Positions 28,997 to 38,042 of a stretch of DNA of 64,000 nucleotides are shown here, piece after piece. Made by a program: the position numbers and the translations under genes. The stretch's first letter is position 1, and the number at the start of each line of letters is the position of its first letter. The notes under the pieces were generated by a model. The model worked only from the letters and a program-made list of their open reading frames with translations. It did not search any database and was not told where the DNA came from. Source of the DNA: a virus; IMG/VR virus record IMGVR_UViG_3300044859_002168, positions 1-64,000 of that record, one strand, 5' to 3'.

Positions 28997-29081
28997 AAAA
29001 GGTCAGCCGAAACTGACCTTTTCTTTTGGGACTGACCGAATGACAGTCAATCACTCCACCACCTGACATTATGTCAGGAAA

Positions 29082-29375
29082 TTATTTGGTAACTAAAGCT
29101 TCCACCTTAGATTTCATATGTTCTGACAAACTAAGTTCACCAACTGTTGGTGTAACCAAGGAAGTCAAAACAATAGAATCAACCAAATACTTGTAAGGAA
29201 TGTGAACCAAGAAGTCGGTACCATTGAAGAAATCTAAATCTCCTTTGAGTTCCAAACAACCGTGAACCATCTTCAAAAACAACTTAAACTGAACACCATC
29301 AACAAAGGTTTCATTCAAGAGGGTTCCGAACTTCTCGTTCTCAATCCGAATATTGTATGTAAAATTTATTTTCAT
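29082..29375 (-). CDS. Hypothetical protein
   Basis: ORF with TTTG...TATATTTG promoter upstream. Confidence 0.75.
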   Translation of the reverse strand: MKINFTYNIRIENEKFGTLLNETFVDGVQFKLFLKMVHGCLELKGDLDFFNGTDFLVHIPYKYLVDSIVLTSLVTPTVGELSLSEHMKSKVEALVTK

Positions 29376-29422
29376 ATCTGTTGTTTAACACTACAAATAT
29401 AAAAAGAACTTTCCATATAAAC

Positions 29423-29455
29423 AAAAAAACCCGAAGATTTTTTTCTTCGGGTTTT
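29423..29455 (-). terminator. Intrinsic terminator closing the large ncRNA
   Basis: AAAACCCGAAGA-loop-TCTTCGGGTTTTTTT. Confidence 0.85.
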
Positions 29456-30376
29456 GGCACTTAGGTTGAGAATACACCTTTGATTGAGAATCTTTAGGAA
29501 CATTATTGTTTCTTTCCGTTTCCACTATCTTTTGAATAGTAATTCTCAGTGACGGTTCCTTAGGGGTACCACTCCTTGAGTTGTAGCTTACTCTCTTTTT
29601 ACTTATTACTCTCCGAGGTTGCCACCCCAGTGAATCCTTGCGGGATTAGAGAACGTTCTCAAGAATCGTGTGGGTCTTGGAAACCCACAACGGCAATGAA
29701 CATCTCATTACTATGTAGTCACCTTTCACCTACAACTGACGGACACTTTTCCTTTGTCTTTTAGTATTTGCATACCTATAAAATGCAAAGTTTGTTGTTT
29801 GTGGATGGATGAAAGTAGTGGTCCGCCGACCAGCCAAGCCATCTTTTGAACGACTCGATACTATACTACTCTCTGAGATATCCCTACCTCAACACTTCAA
29901 GACTACTTCGTGACTTATGTCTTGGTAGACAATGGTCAAGGATGATTTCGGCACCACCCGTTTGTCATCATACCTTTCGGTTTTAAGTATCCTTTGATAT
30001 TGAATCCCGCAGTTATAAGGTTGGATTACCCTATTTCCCACAACAATTCTACGAGTTATTCTTATTGTTCTTCCGAACTCAACCCAACGACCCACATCGC
30101 TGAGTCATATTTCCATTTCATCTACAGTGTCACCCTCGATTACTTAGGACTTATGATATCCCGCTTGCCTACTCGAGTTAATAAAACCGAAGTTTTAAAA
30201 ACCGCAATCTCTTTTAAACTTGAGAGACCACTTTATCCCACTTTCGTGGTTTATTTATCGACCATAGGCGGCCGATTATCTTTTCTCAGTATTTTCTCAA
30301 AATCAACCCAAGGGTCTCATCATCAACATACTGATGGAATAATCAATAATTTAAAGAACGTTTCAGTTTCCTGATT
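29456..30376 (-). ncRNA. Large (~0.9 kb) structured ncRNA, GOLLD-like
   Basis: No credible ORF; own promoter and terminator; GAAA, GCAA and UUCG hairpins; directly downstream of a tRNA; size and context fit GOLLD. Confidence 0.7.
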
Positions 30377-30383
30377 TGTTATA

Positions 30384-30413
30384 CAAAGATACAACAGTTT
30401 TTCATTCTGTCAA
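30384..30413 (-). promoter_or_regulatory. sigmaA-type promoter of the large ncRNA, with boxA-like CGTTCTTTAAA at 30350-30360
   Basis: TTG-N19-TATCTTTG on minus strand. Confidence 0.75.
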
Positions 30414-30433
30414 GCACCTTCGTGTTTTTTTTG

Positions 30434-30506
30434 TAGCGGGAGAGGGAATCGAACCCCCGACCTCAAGGTTATGAGCCTTGCGAGCTACCGCTGCTACTAT
30501 CCCGCG
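30434..30506 (-). tRNA. tRNA-Met(CAT), initiator type; CCA not encoded
   Basis: CGCGGGA/TCCCGCT acceptor with C1:U72 mismatch; CAAGG-CTCATAA-CCTTG anticodon arm; GGTTCGATT T-loop. Confidence 0.95.
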
Positions 30507-30530
30507 ATTTATTTTTAAGAACGTTCCCCG

Positions 30531-30618
30531 AAAAAAAGTCCCACAACTTATTGTATTCTCTCGAACACTCGTTGTAGGACTGTGAATTGAGGATTTAACT
30601 CCTCTTCTTCCGAGTGTC
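30531..30618 (-). ncRNA. Structured leader or small RNA upstream of the tRNA (pseudoknot or switch)
   Basis: 30611-18 pairs with 30564-71; 30571-81 pairs with 30537-47, followed by a U-run; promoter TTGACA..TATCTTTG at 30622-30652. Confidence 0.5.
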
Positions 30619-30731
30619 TCACAAAGATAAAACAATTTTTTCAAATTGTCAAAAGGGCTAAGTGAAACTTTTTTGTGGGGTGTTTCTACCTTTCGGTGGA
30701 GATTATAAATATAGACATACTATTGAAAAGT

Positions 30732-31160
30732 TCAATCTTTTTCAAAAATATTTTGTAAAATTGTTTTCAAATATACTCCTGTATCCATATTATTGACTTT
30801 ATCCAAACCAAAATACCCACATTCAGTGTGTTCATGTCCATCTTGAGCGGTTTCAAGGTTAGGGTACATATACTCATGGGTATTCAACAAATAAACATAC
30901 ATCATACCTTTTATACTACCGTCAGTCTTTTTCTTTTTTGGTAGTATACCCACAAAATCTAAATCGTAGTTATCTATGTTAATATCGGTCTCTTCGTAAA
31001 ACTCTCTGTACGCAGCTTCTTTAGTTGATTCATCTTTTTCAACGTGTCCTGAAGGAATAGACCACATATTAGGGTAAGATGACTTACCGTTTCTTTTACA
31101 CAATAAGCATTCACCGTTAACTTTAACGACCACACCACTCAACCTTTTATACTTTTCCAT
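30732..31160 (-). CDS. NUDIX hydrolase
   Basis: GHVEKDESTKEAAYREFYEETDI Nudix box. Confidence 0.92.
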   Translation of the reverse strand: MEKYKRLSGVVVKVNGECLLCKRNGKSSYPNMWSIPSGHVEKDESTKEAAYREFYEETDINIDNYDLDFVGILPKKKKTDGSIKGMMYVYLLNTHEYMYPNLETAQDGHEHTECGYFGLDKVNNMDTGVYLKTILQNIFEKD

Positions 31161-31174
31161 ATTTATAAATAATC

Positions 31175-31525
31175 ATGAAAGTTAAAATAGGCGATAACAC
31201 CTTTACTGTAAAGGTTATGGACGATTACCGTAAACGTGCTGAAGGTATGATGAACAAAACTTTTAACGAATATTTTAACGGTATGTTGTTTCTGATGACC
31301 GACCACACCAATTGTTTTTGGATGAAAAATTGTATAATACCTTTAGATATTATCTACATTGACAACCAAATCATATCAAAGGTTCACCACAATTGCCCAC
31401 CATGTGTTGATGAAGACTGTGAGAACTACTGTGGTAGAGGTTATCTTATATTAGAAGTTGAAGGGGGTACTTGTAAGAATCTTGGTATCAAAAAAGGGGA
31501 CTCTGTTAAGTTTCTTATTAATTAA
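31175..31525 (+). CDS. DUF192 family protein
   Basis: GMLF..FWMKNCIIPLDIIY..ILEVEGG..GIKKGD. Confidence 0.88.
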   Translation: MKVKIGDNTFTVKVMDDYRKRAEGMMNKTFNEYFNGMLFLMTDHTNCFWMKNCIIPLDIIYIDNQIISKVHHNCPPCVDEDCENYCGRGYLILEVEGGTCKNLGIKKGDSVKFLIN

Positions 31526-32934
31526 CCTTCCTTTTTACTTTCCTGAATTTTTTCCTTTAAGACTTTAAAGAACTCTTGTCCAATCATCTTGACAAATTTG
31601 ATGTACGGTGCATCATCTCTTTCAGGGTCATATCTATATGGTCCTGATGGTGGTCTTTTGGCCCTACCCAAATAATTAAGTCCTGAAATGTTGGTAATAC
31701 ATTTGTGTCCACCTGAATTGGCTTGAATCAAATCCCAAGCATTTACACCAATCTTATCCAACAATTCCATTTCAGGTTCACTTAACTCTGAGAATGGTTT
31801 GTCAATGATTGTTTTTAAATTATCTAATATTTGTTCTCCATTATCCATCATCATAATATTACCACCATAAATGGCGTCAAAATCTTTGAATGTGAATCCA
31901 ACCGATTCCGCACCCATACCTGATTCTGCAATATACTTGATTGTTGATAATGGAATTGTTCTATCTTGAAGTTGTGCTTTCCACTTATTCAAAACCTCGT
32001 CTTTAACTTCTCCAAGATTTACACCTTTGAGCTCTCTATCTTTTTTAAATGGATTACAAGACGCTTGTACCAAACCTAAAGGCCACATGATAATTAAAAA
32101 GTCCGCATCAGGATTGTTTCTAAAAGGCGTATATCTATCGTAAGAACCAGTACCTTTCAAAGTTCCCATACCATACTGAAGAATGATTCCATCTTCAACT
32201 TTCACATTTCGGTGATTCGCCATTGAGTCCATATAATCTTTGGCATTTCTTTGGAGTCTTTCAGGAGTCTCACGAGTGTTTTCACTCATCCAAGTTTTAA
32301 TATTATTAAGGATTGAATAAAGTGACGGCTCAGAGTCCATCACCAAACTCTCTAAGAAACCTTTTTTGTTTTTAAACGCCAAGAGTAATTTGTTAGTTAC
32401 TAAACCTAATAACATTTTATTTTTTGCCAGACCTTTCTCTTTATCTAATCTAAAAAGAAAATTAACAACTTCTTTTGTTGTTAAATCATGTTTTGCAAAG
32501 TCAGCCGAGTCAACTGTAGAAATCAAAAGAATGTCTGAACTTGGGAACAATTCTTTTGGTGAGATAATCTGAGAAATTGTTTCAACATTTGAACGAGCTT
32601 GTCTGAATGATTTTGAAGCATCCTTTTCAGCACCAACTTGAGTATCGTGGTGGTCTGTGTGAATGACAAACATCGGTTTACCGTGAGCAAAGTCTACTAA
32701 CACAGGCATCACATCACCACTAGCATCAGGTTTCTTTACCGCAAACTCTTTCTCACCATATTGGATAACCTCAGAATCCACAACATCAATACCATTGTCT
32801 TCAAGGTATTTCTTCATCGCAATTGCTGTGGTAACACCATCTAAATCTTGGTGAAAATATATTTTAGCCTTTGGGTATCTTTTCGCCAAAGCTTTAATAT
32901 CACGTAAACCTGATTCTTTGATAATCTTTTTCAT
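31522..32934 (-). CDS. DHH-family phosphoesterase with leader MKKIIKESG
   Basis: HQDLDG, LVDF, TDHH, GGHK motifs. Confidence 0.75.
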   Translation of the reverse strand: MKKIIKESGLRDIKALAKRYPKAKIYFHQDLDGVTTAIAMKKYLEDNGIDVVDSEVIQYGEKEFAVKKPDASGDVMPVLVDFAHGKPMFVIHTDHHDTQVGAEKDASKSFRQARSNVETISQIISPKELFPSSDILLISTVDSADFAKHDLTTKEVVNFLFRLDKEKGLAKNKMLLGLVTNKLLLAFKNKKGFLESLVMDSEPSLYSILNNIKTWMSENTRETPERLQRNAKDYMDSMANHRNVKVEDGIILQYGMGTLKGTGSYDRYTPFRNNPDADFLIIMWPLGLVQASCNPFKKDRELKGVNLGEVKDEVLNKWKAQLQDRTIPLSTIKYIAESGMGAESVGFTFKDFDAIYGGNIMMMDNGEQILDNLKTIIDKPFSELSEPEMELLDKIGVNAWDLIQANSGGHKCITNISGLNYLGRAKRPPSGPYRYDPERDDAPYIKFVKMIGQEFFKVLKEKIQESKKEG

Positions 32935-33341
32935 TAGTCCCAACCAAAGTAATGTACAATTTTATCAAATAAATCGCCATAATCAGAAACACATTGTTTA
33001 AATATTAATTTATCCTTATCAGGCATCGCATCCATGGTATCTTCTCCCCAAACACCATCAACAGGATAAACATTAATCATTGATTGGTATTTGGCAACTG
33101 CCTGAGCACTTTTTGATTTTGGATAGTTACCGATTGAACCGTCAATTTTTAATGGTTGACCGGCATCATCTTTAACACCTTTTTTATTTAAGAAACATTG
33201 GATTGCACTATTGTAGTTGTATCTGTCAATAGTAGTCATACCACTATTCAAATCTTCTTTTAAATACTGTCTTGAAGTCGCACCAATGTGCATTCCAAGA
33301 ATTCTATTTTTTTCTTCTTCAGTTATTACAAACTTTTTCAT
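32934..33341 (-). CDS. Peptidoglycan-binding-like domain protein with leader MKKFVITEEEKNRIL
   Basis: IQCFLN..LKIDG..AVAKYQ..VDGVWGEDT. Confidence 0.7.
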   Translation of the reverse strand: MKKFVITEEEKNRILGMHIGATSRQYLKEDLNSGMTTIDRYNYNSAIQCFLNKKGVKDDAGQPLKIDGSIGNYPKSKSAQAVAKYQSMINVYPVDGVWGEDTMDAMPDKDKLIFKQCVSDYGDLFDKIVHYFGWD

Positions 33342-33342
33342 A

Positions 33343-33714
33343 TTAATATTTGAGAGTTAATAAATATTTTAATTTGTTAATTGATAACAACATTTCATCT
33401 CTAATATTCAATAAATCAGTATCCACTTTTGAATCTAAACCTTCAGTCATAGATAATAAAAATTCACAGATACCATCAATGAAATTTTGCATTGATAGTT
33501 TATCAATGTCTTGAAACATGATAGAAAATTCTTCAGGGAATTTTGGTCTTCCGTACTTTCCCATCATACCTTCAACGAAGTCGTCAATTAAATCACCTAA
33601 TCTATCATATACCTTACCATATGCTTTATGTTTAGCGTCAAACGTAGTTTGCCAATGTAAAAATCTAAATTGATTTTGAACTTGGACTAATTTTAAAATA
33701 TATTCTTCTTTCAT
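33343..33714 (-). CDS. Ferritin/Dps-like four-helix protein (DUF5856-like)
   Basis: LHWQT..AKHKAYG..DDFVE..GKYGR; LLNIRDEML..KYLLTL. Confidence 0.75.
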   Translation of the reverse strand: MKEEYILKLVQVQNQFRFLHWQTTFDAKHKAYGKVYDRLGDLIDDFVEGMMGKYGRPKFPEEFSIMFQDIDKLSMQNFIDGICEFLLSMTEGLDSKVDTDLLNIRDEMLLSINKLKYLLTLKY

Positions 33715-34706
33715 TATACTGGACTCATTAATTTTGTTAATGCTGACGTAATCGGCGACATGGATATTTTTTCACCCACAGCAACTAAACTCTGTGGTGA
33801 TACTTGAGTTGTTGTAGTTCCACCCAACTCAGTTTTTAAGGCTTCTTGACCCTCAGGAGTTGATTCATACTGTTTCATTGCCGCTAACATCTGTTCCTCA
33901 CCCATCATACCTGAAAGTTCTTCAGGTCCAACAAAATTTCCAACACCCAATTTATCTAAAAACCCAAGATAGAATTTTGTTTGACCCATTAGTACTCTTG
34001 TTCTTAAAGAACTTTTCCCAAACAGGTCAGAAAATCTACCTAAACCAAGACCACCCCCATAAAGGAATCTTTGGAGGATATTTGGTTTACCTAATATTGC
34101 TGGGTCCATAAACTTTTCTCTTTTCAAAGCTGTTTCCAAACCTTGAACCAATTTCATTTGTTCTTGTGGTGTTTTATTTACCATTAAACGTCTAACACCC
34201 ATGGACCTTCTTGACGCACTACTGAATAAGTTTACCCAACTTTGTAGAGTCTTTTTAAACCCTGATAATAATCCTCCCATATTTGGAATTTTATCAATTA
34301 CTGTGTCAACTCTTGAAGTCCAATTTTGAGCGGTTTTAAATAATATGTTTGCAGGTCCTTCAACTTTTTCTAACATCTTAAGATTCTTGAGAGCCAATTC
34401 AGTATTACCAGCATTAATGGCTTTTTCAGCATTTCTAAGGTACTTAGTCCCTTGACTTCCGGCTTTCATGGTTCCTATAGCAGTTTTACCAACCACATCA
34501 CCAATATATGGTACTGCGGATATTAAAGACAAAAACGCAAATAGGGTGTCACCTTGTTTATAATAAGAAATGGCATTTACAAAGTCAGTAATTCCTGTTG
34601 GGTCAACAATACCAACAACATCCAAAACAGTATTCAACCAATAAGCTTCATTAAGGTTTTGTTTCAACCCTTCAAGTTGATTTTCAGTTATCAAAATTTG
34701 ACTCAT
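33714..34706 (-). CDS. Protein with pre-toxin TG-like segment and leader MSQILITENQL
   Basis: LDVVGIVDPTGITDFVNAISY..GD..AFLSLISAVPYIGD. Confidence 0.55.
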   Translation of the reverse strand: MSQILITENQLEGLKQNLNEAYWLNTVLDVVGIVDPTGITDFVNAISYYKQGDTLFAFLSLISAVPYIGDVVGKTAIGTMKAGSQGTKYLRNAEKAINAGNTELALKNLKMLEKVEGPANILFKTAQNWTSRVDTVIDKIPNMGGLLSGFKKTLQSWVNLFSSASRRSMGVRRLMVNKTPQEQMKLVQGLETALKREKFMDPAILGKPNILQRFLYGGGLGLGRFSDLFGKSSLRTRVLMGQTKFYLGFLDKLGVGNFVGPEELSGMMGEEQMLAAMKQYESTPEGQEALKTELGGTTTTQVSPQSLVAVGEKISMSPITSALTKLMSPV

Positions 34707-34741
34707 GATTTTTTAAATAAAAATATCTACTTATAAATACT

Positions 34742-34894
34742 ATGATACAACTTAATATAAAGGTTGGTGACACAATTTTGATAGGTAGATTCAAAAATAA
34801 AAAGGTGATAGTAAAAACTATCACCCTTGACCAACATGGTTTACCATTGGTAAACGGAAAACCAATTTGTAATTTTCGTTACTCAAAAGAGTAG
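34742..34894 (+). CDS. Small protein, 50 aa (MIQLNIKVGDTILIGRFKNKKVIVK...)
   Basis: Manual translation; fills the gap. Confidence 0.65.
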   Translation: MIQLNIKVGDTILIGRFKNKKVIVKTITLDQHGLPLVNGKPICNFRYSKE

Positions 34895-34904
34895 AACAGT
34901 TGGA

Positions 34905-35783
34905 TTAAACCACCTCAATTGGTTTTTCAGGAAATTCTATAACCTGTTGTCTTTTTTGTTGAACAAAAAACCCAACCCTTTCATTAGCCACTTTGGAGTA
35001 GTTAGAACTGATTTCAATACCAATCCAACGACGGTCTAAAGTCTCGGCAGCAACCATACTTGTACCTGAACCAGCAAACGGGTCAAGGACAATATCATTC
35101 TTATATGTGAGAATCTTAATTGCCTTGGTTGGGATATCCATTGAGAAGGTCGCCTTTGTCAATGAACGAGTATCGGCAAAATAATTCCACTGTCCAAATA
35201 CCAAATCAATAAACTCACGTTTCTGTTGTTCGGTATACATCATCTTGGGTCTCATGTTACCGTCTTTACCTTCAACCTCACCCATCTCACCAACCCATTC
35301 AGGTTGTCCTTTAACAATCTTAATATGTTTCTTCTTATACGCCAAGATAACACATTCCTTTGGATTGTAGATGTAAGGTGCCGAGGGACTCATCCATGAC
35401 CCCCAAGCTGTGGTACGACTTCTGTGTGGTGATTCTTCTTCAAGGTCCACAACTCCGAAGAACTTGTAACCAATCTGTTTCATAATTTGCCATACCTCAC
35501 TCAACATGAAGATTCTTCCACCCTTGGCTTGTCGGTTAATCTCATACGGGATATTCAAAGCAATCCTGCCGTCATCTTTCAACACACGGTATGCTTGTTC
35601 CATCCAGGAATATGTAAATTTAACATATTCCTCCCAAACCATATCATCATCGTGAACATCATATTCAATCCCGACACCATATGGTGGTGATGTCACAATC
35701 AAATCTACAGACCCTTCTTCCATGGTCTTCATCACTTCAATACAATCTCCGTTTACTATTTTTCCTAAATAATTTTCTGTCAT
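34905..35783 (-). CDS. DNA methyltransferase, beta class
   Basis: TSPPY; DPFAGSGTS; GIEIS. Confidence 0.92.
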   Translation of the reverse strand: MTENYLGKIVNGDCIEVMKTMEEGSVDLIVTSPPYGVGIEYDVHDDDMVWEEYVKFTYSWMEQAYRVLKDDGRIALNIPYEINRQAKGGRIFMLSEVWQIMKQIGYKFFGVVDLEEESPHRSRTTAWGSWMSPSAPYIYNPKECVILAYKKKHIKIVKGQPEWVGEMGEVEGKDGNMRPKMMYTEQQKREFIDLVFGQWNYFADTRSLTKATFSMDIPTKAIKILTYKNDIVLDPFAGSGTSMVAAETLDRRWIGIEISSNYSKVANERVGFFVQQKRQQVIEFPEKPIEVV

Positions 35784-35784
35784 T

Positions 35785-35988
35785 TTAATATATTGTTACT
35801 TTGTGGTCTCTTACAATAATAGGATTTTCTGTTTCAAATTCCAACCATGCTTGACCACCGTCTAAGAATGTTTTTGTTTTAACCGATACCTGAAATTCAA
35901 GACACCTGATTGTAAGTTTTTTATCCTCGGATTGTATTACCCAACCGACTTCCATGGAACCTGTCGCAGCCAATCTGTACTTCATCAC
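35785..35988 (-). CDS. Hypothetical protein
   Basis: Coupled ORF in operon. Confidence 0.65.
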   Translation of the reverse strand: MMKYRLAATGSMEVGWVIQSEDKKLTIRCLEFQVSVKTKTFLDGGQAWLEFETENPIIVRDHKVTIY

Positions 35989-36200
35989 TCAATAACCAAA
36001 CAACAATCTTCAATGGTAATTTTTTTAGCATTACAAGTAATATGACCTGTTTCTCTACCATCATCTCTATACCCGCTAGAAGAGTTTATCTGACACAGAA
36101 ATTCTATTGAATCAACTTTTAAAAGTTGTTTATCAATAAACACTTTCCATGGTCTGTCTCCGTTTTTGTGGTTTGAATTATATCGTACCTCAACCAACAT
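35985..36200 (-). CDS. Hypothetical protein
   Basis: Coupled ORF in operon. Confidence 0.65.
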   Translation of the reverse strand: MLVEVRYNSNHKNGDRPWKVFIDKQLLKVDSIEFLCQINSSSGYRDDGRETGHITCNAKKITIEDCCLVIE

Positions 36201-36417
36201 TTTCTAAATTATCAATCTTCCTTTGAAGATACCAAAGAGCTTTTTTTAAGTCTTGTAATTCTTTATCACTACCTTTCTTACCAGCCCTTGAGATATACTT
36301 CACCGTATTCCCAAGATGGAAGTCAAGTTCCCAAGCCTCAATTACTTTGATGGCCTCATACATATTATCCTCACCCCCATAATGAACCGGGTGGTTTACC
36401 ATTTCATTTAATGACAT
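36190..36417 (-). CDS. DUF3310 family protein
   Basis: VNHPVHY..EAIKVI..GNTVKYISRAGKK..DLKKALWYL. Confidence 0.9.
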   Translation of the reverse strand: MSLNEMVNHPVHYGGEDNMYEAIKVIEAWELDFHLGNTVKYISRAGKKGSDKELQDLKKALWYLQRKIDNLENVG

Positions 36418-36418
36418 A

Positions 36419-36637
36419 TTATCTTAAAGTAATGTAATAATTTTTTAGTTTAATTGATTTTTTGTATCCGTTCCTAACAGAAAACAAAGGGTTTTTAGTC
36501 CAACATATTTTGTATGAAAAGATTCCTATCCACCCATTTTCTTCTGACCTAACCAAAGAAAAGATATATTTCTTTCCCCAAGTCAAATGAATCTCATTGA
36601 TAAATTTATTCTTGAGTCGATATAGTTTTAATGACAT
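36419..36637 (-). CDS. Hypothetical protein
   Basis: ORF in operon. Confidence 0.55.
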   Translation of the reverse strand: MSLKLYRLKNKFINEIHLTWGKKYIFSLVRSEENGWIGIFSYKICWTKNPLFSVRNGYKKSIKLKNYYITLR

Positions 36638-36806
36638 AATATTTTGAAGCTAATGGAGTTTCAATTATTAGACCCTGTGATACAAGGTCTTCCAAATACT
36701 TTTCTGTAGTCTCCAAGTCCTCCTTCAAAATATATCGTGAGATGTACGATATGTGAAGGGGTCTCCGTAGTTTTAAAAGGAGACTATTTAGTTTTTTTTC
36801 GTCCAT
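36606..36806 (-). CDS. Small winged-helix-like protein
   Basis: PLHISYIS..LEDLVSQGLIIE pattern. Confidence 0.6.
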   Translation of the reverse strand: MDEKKLNSLLLKLRRPLHISYISRYILKEDLETTEKYLEDLVSQGLIIETPLASKYYVIKTISTQE

Positions 36807-37014
36807 AAGATTTCTTCTCTACTTCTTTTGATTTCTTTTTCTTTGGCTCCTCCATCACAACCTCTTTCTCACCTGTTGAACCTTTAAACTCAGACTTGGA
36901 GATGTAATTCCAATATCCTGTTGATACTCTACGCTCAGCGTCTTTGTCTACAACACGCAGCATGTGACCCTCTTTGTAAGGTCCTGTTGATTTTATCGCT
37001 TTAATACATTTCAT
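36784..37014 (-). CDS. Hypothetical basic protein
   Basis: ORF in operon. Confidence 0.7.
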   Translation of the reverse strand: MKCIKAIKSTGPYKEGHMLRVVDKDAERRVSTGYWNYISKSEFKGSTGEKEVVMEEPKKKKSKEVEKKSYGRKKTK

Positions 37015-37220
37015 AAAAATAAATTTTGGTTTTGTTTTTTAAGTGTGGAAAAGATTTGAGATTCATCGTGACCCTGTTGAAATAAATTAAAAACATCAGA
37101 TGATATGGTATCCATAAAAATAAAAGCATCCACCCTCGGAGAGAACAGAGTCTTTAAATCGGAATTTTCCAAATGAACTTTTACCGTCTTTTGGTCTACG
37201 AATCGTTTTGTGAATCCCAT
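37011..37220 (-). CDS. Hypothetical protein (MGFTKRF...)
   Basis: ORF in operon. Confidence 0.65.
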   Translation of the reverse strand: MGFTKRFVDQKTVKVHLENSDLKTLFSPRVDAFIFMDTISSDVFNLFQQGHDESQIFSTLKKQNQNLFL

Positions 37221-37229
37221 GAGACAATA

Positions 37230-38015
37230 TTAGGAAATAATTTTTAGACTGTCAAACGATTCCCAATCTTCTTTTGGAACACTTTGAAGGATATATGCCA
37301 ATAGTTTTCTCTTTAACATCGGAACCAAAGTCTGTTCAAATGGGAAGTTTTCATTGGTCTCTACCTCAAATATCGGTAACTTGGTGAAATCTACCAAGTC
37401 CTTCCACGATGTCGCATCTTTTACTAACGTGGTAACTCGTTGACCTTGGGGGTCACCACTCCATACCATATCAAAATAAATCTTGGCGTCTGATTTGGTT
37501 CTCTTCATCTTTCTAATTGAATACTCCCACAAAAATACTTGTTTCTTACTTTTGTTGGGGTAATAGATGTATCCGTGACCAAACCCCATATTGTCTTTGT
37601 TTTTCTTTAGATTGATTGCTGTTGATTCATATACTATGGACCAAATGGACTTTCCAATATTAAAAGTGTCCATCAATCTGTTACCAGAAAAAACCAATGT
37701 CTTTTCTAACTCACTGAAATCACTGTCTTGTAGTTCGGGTAACTTAAGTGGTTGAAGTTCTTTCAAGAGAATCTCATCATCACAAGATTCAAATTTCTTT
37801 TTTGTTTGTAGTAACCTTTTTTCTTTAACTAAAGATTGAACATTCGCTAAGTGAAGTGCCAACTCAACAAAATCAGGATAAATTTTAAACTCGTCAAAAT
37901 TTTCCTCACATTTTTGAATGTAATTAAGTAAGGTATATTTGTTATACTCAAAATCTATTGGTTGCGAGAGCATCCAATCAGGATTTAATTTAAATGATTT
38001 TTTCTTCCTCGCCAT
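37230..38015 (-). CDS. Hypothetical protein (PIDFEYNKYTLLNY motif)
   Basis: Long ORF. Confidence 0.8.
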   Translation of the reverse strand: MARKKKSFKLNPDWMLSQPIDFEYNKYTLLNYIQKCEENFDEFKIYPDFVELALHLANVQSLVKEKRLLQTKKKFESCDDEILLKELQPLKLPELQDSDFSELEKTLVFSGNRLMDTFNIGKSIWSIVYESTAINLKKNKDNMGFGHGYIYYPNKSKKQVFLWEYSIRKMKRTKSDAKIYFDMVWSGDPQGQRVTTLVKDATSWKDLVDFTKLPIFEVETNENFPFEQTLVPMLKRKLLAYILQSVPKEDWESFDSLKIIS

Positions 38016-38042
38016 TTACATAAGAATAAAACACCATTTTAT

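Noticed and set aside
29456-30376. rRNA, tmRNA, RNase P or group I/II intron as the identity of the large non-coding region
   Set aside because: No conserved motifs of these RNAs were recognised, no gene is interrupted, and the region has its own promoter and terminator
29576-30644. ORFs 29576..29764, 29889..30095, 29994..30374 and 30402..30644
   Set aside because: They overlap the tRNA and the structured RNA, have atypical composition and non-ATG or unsupported starts
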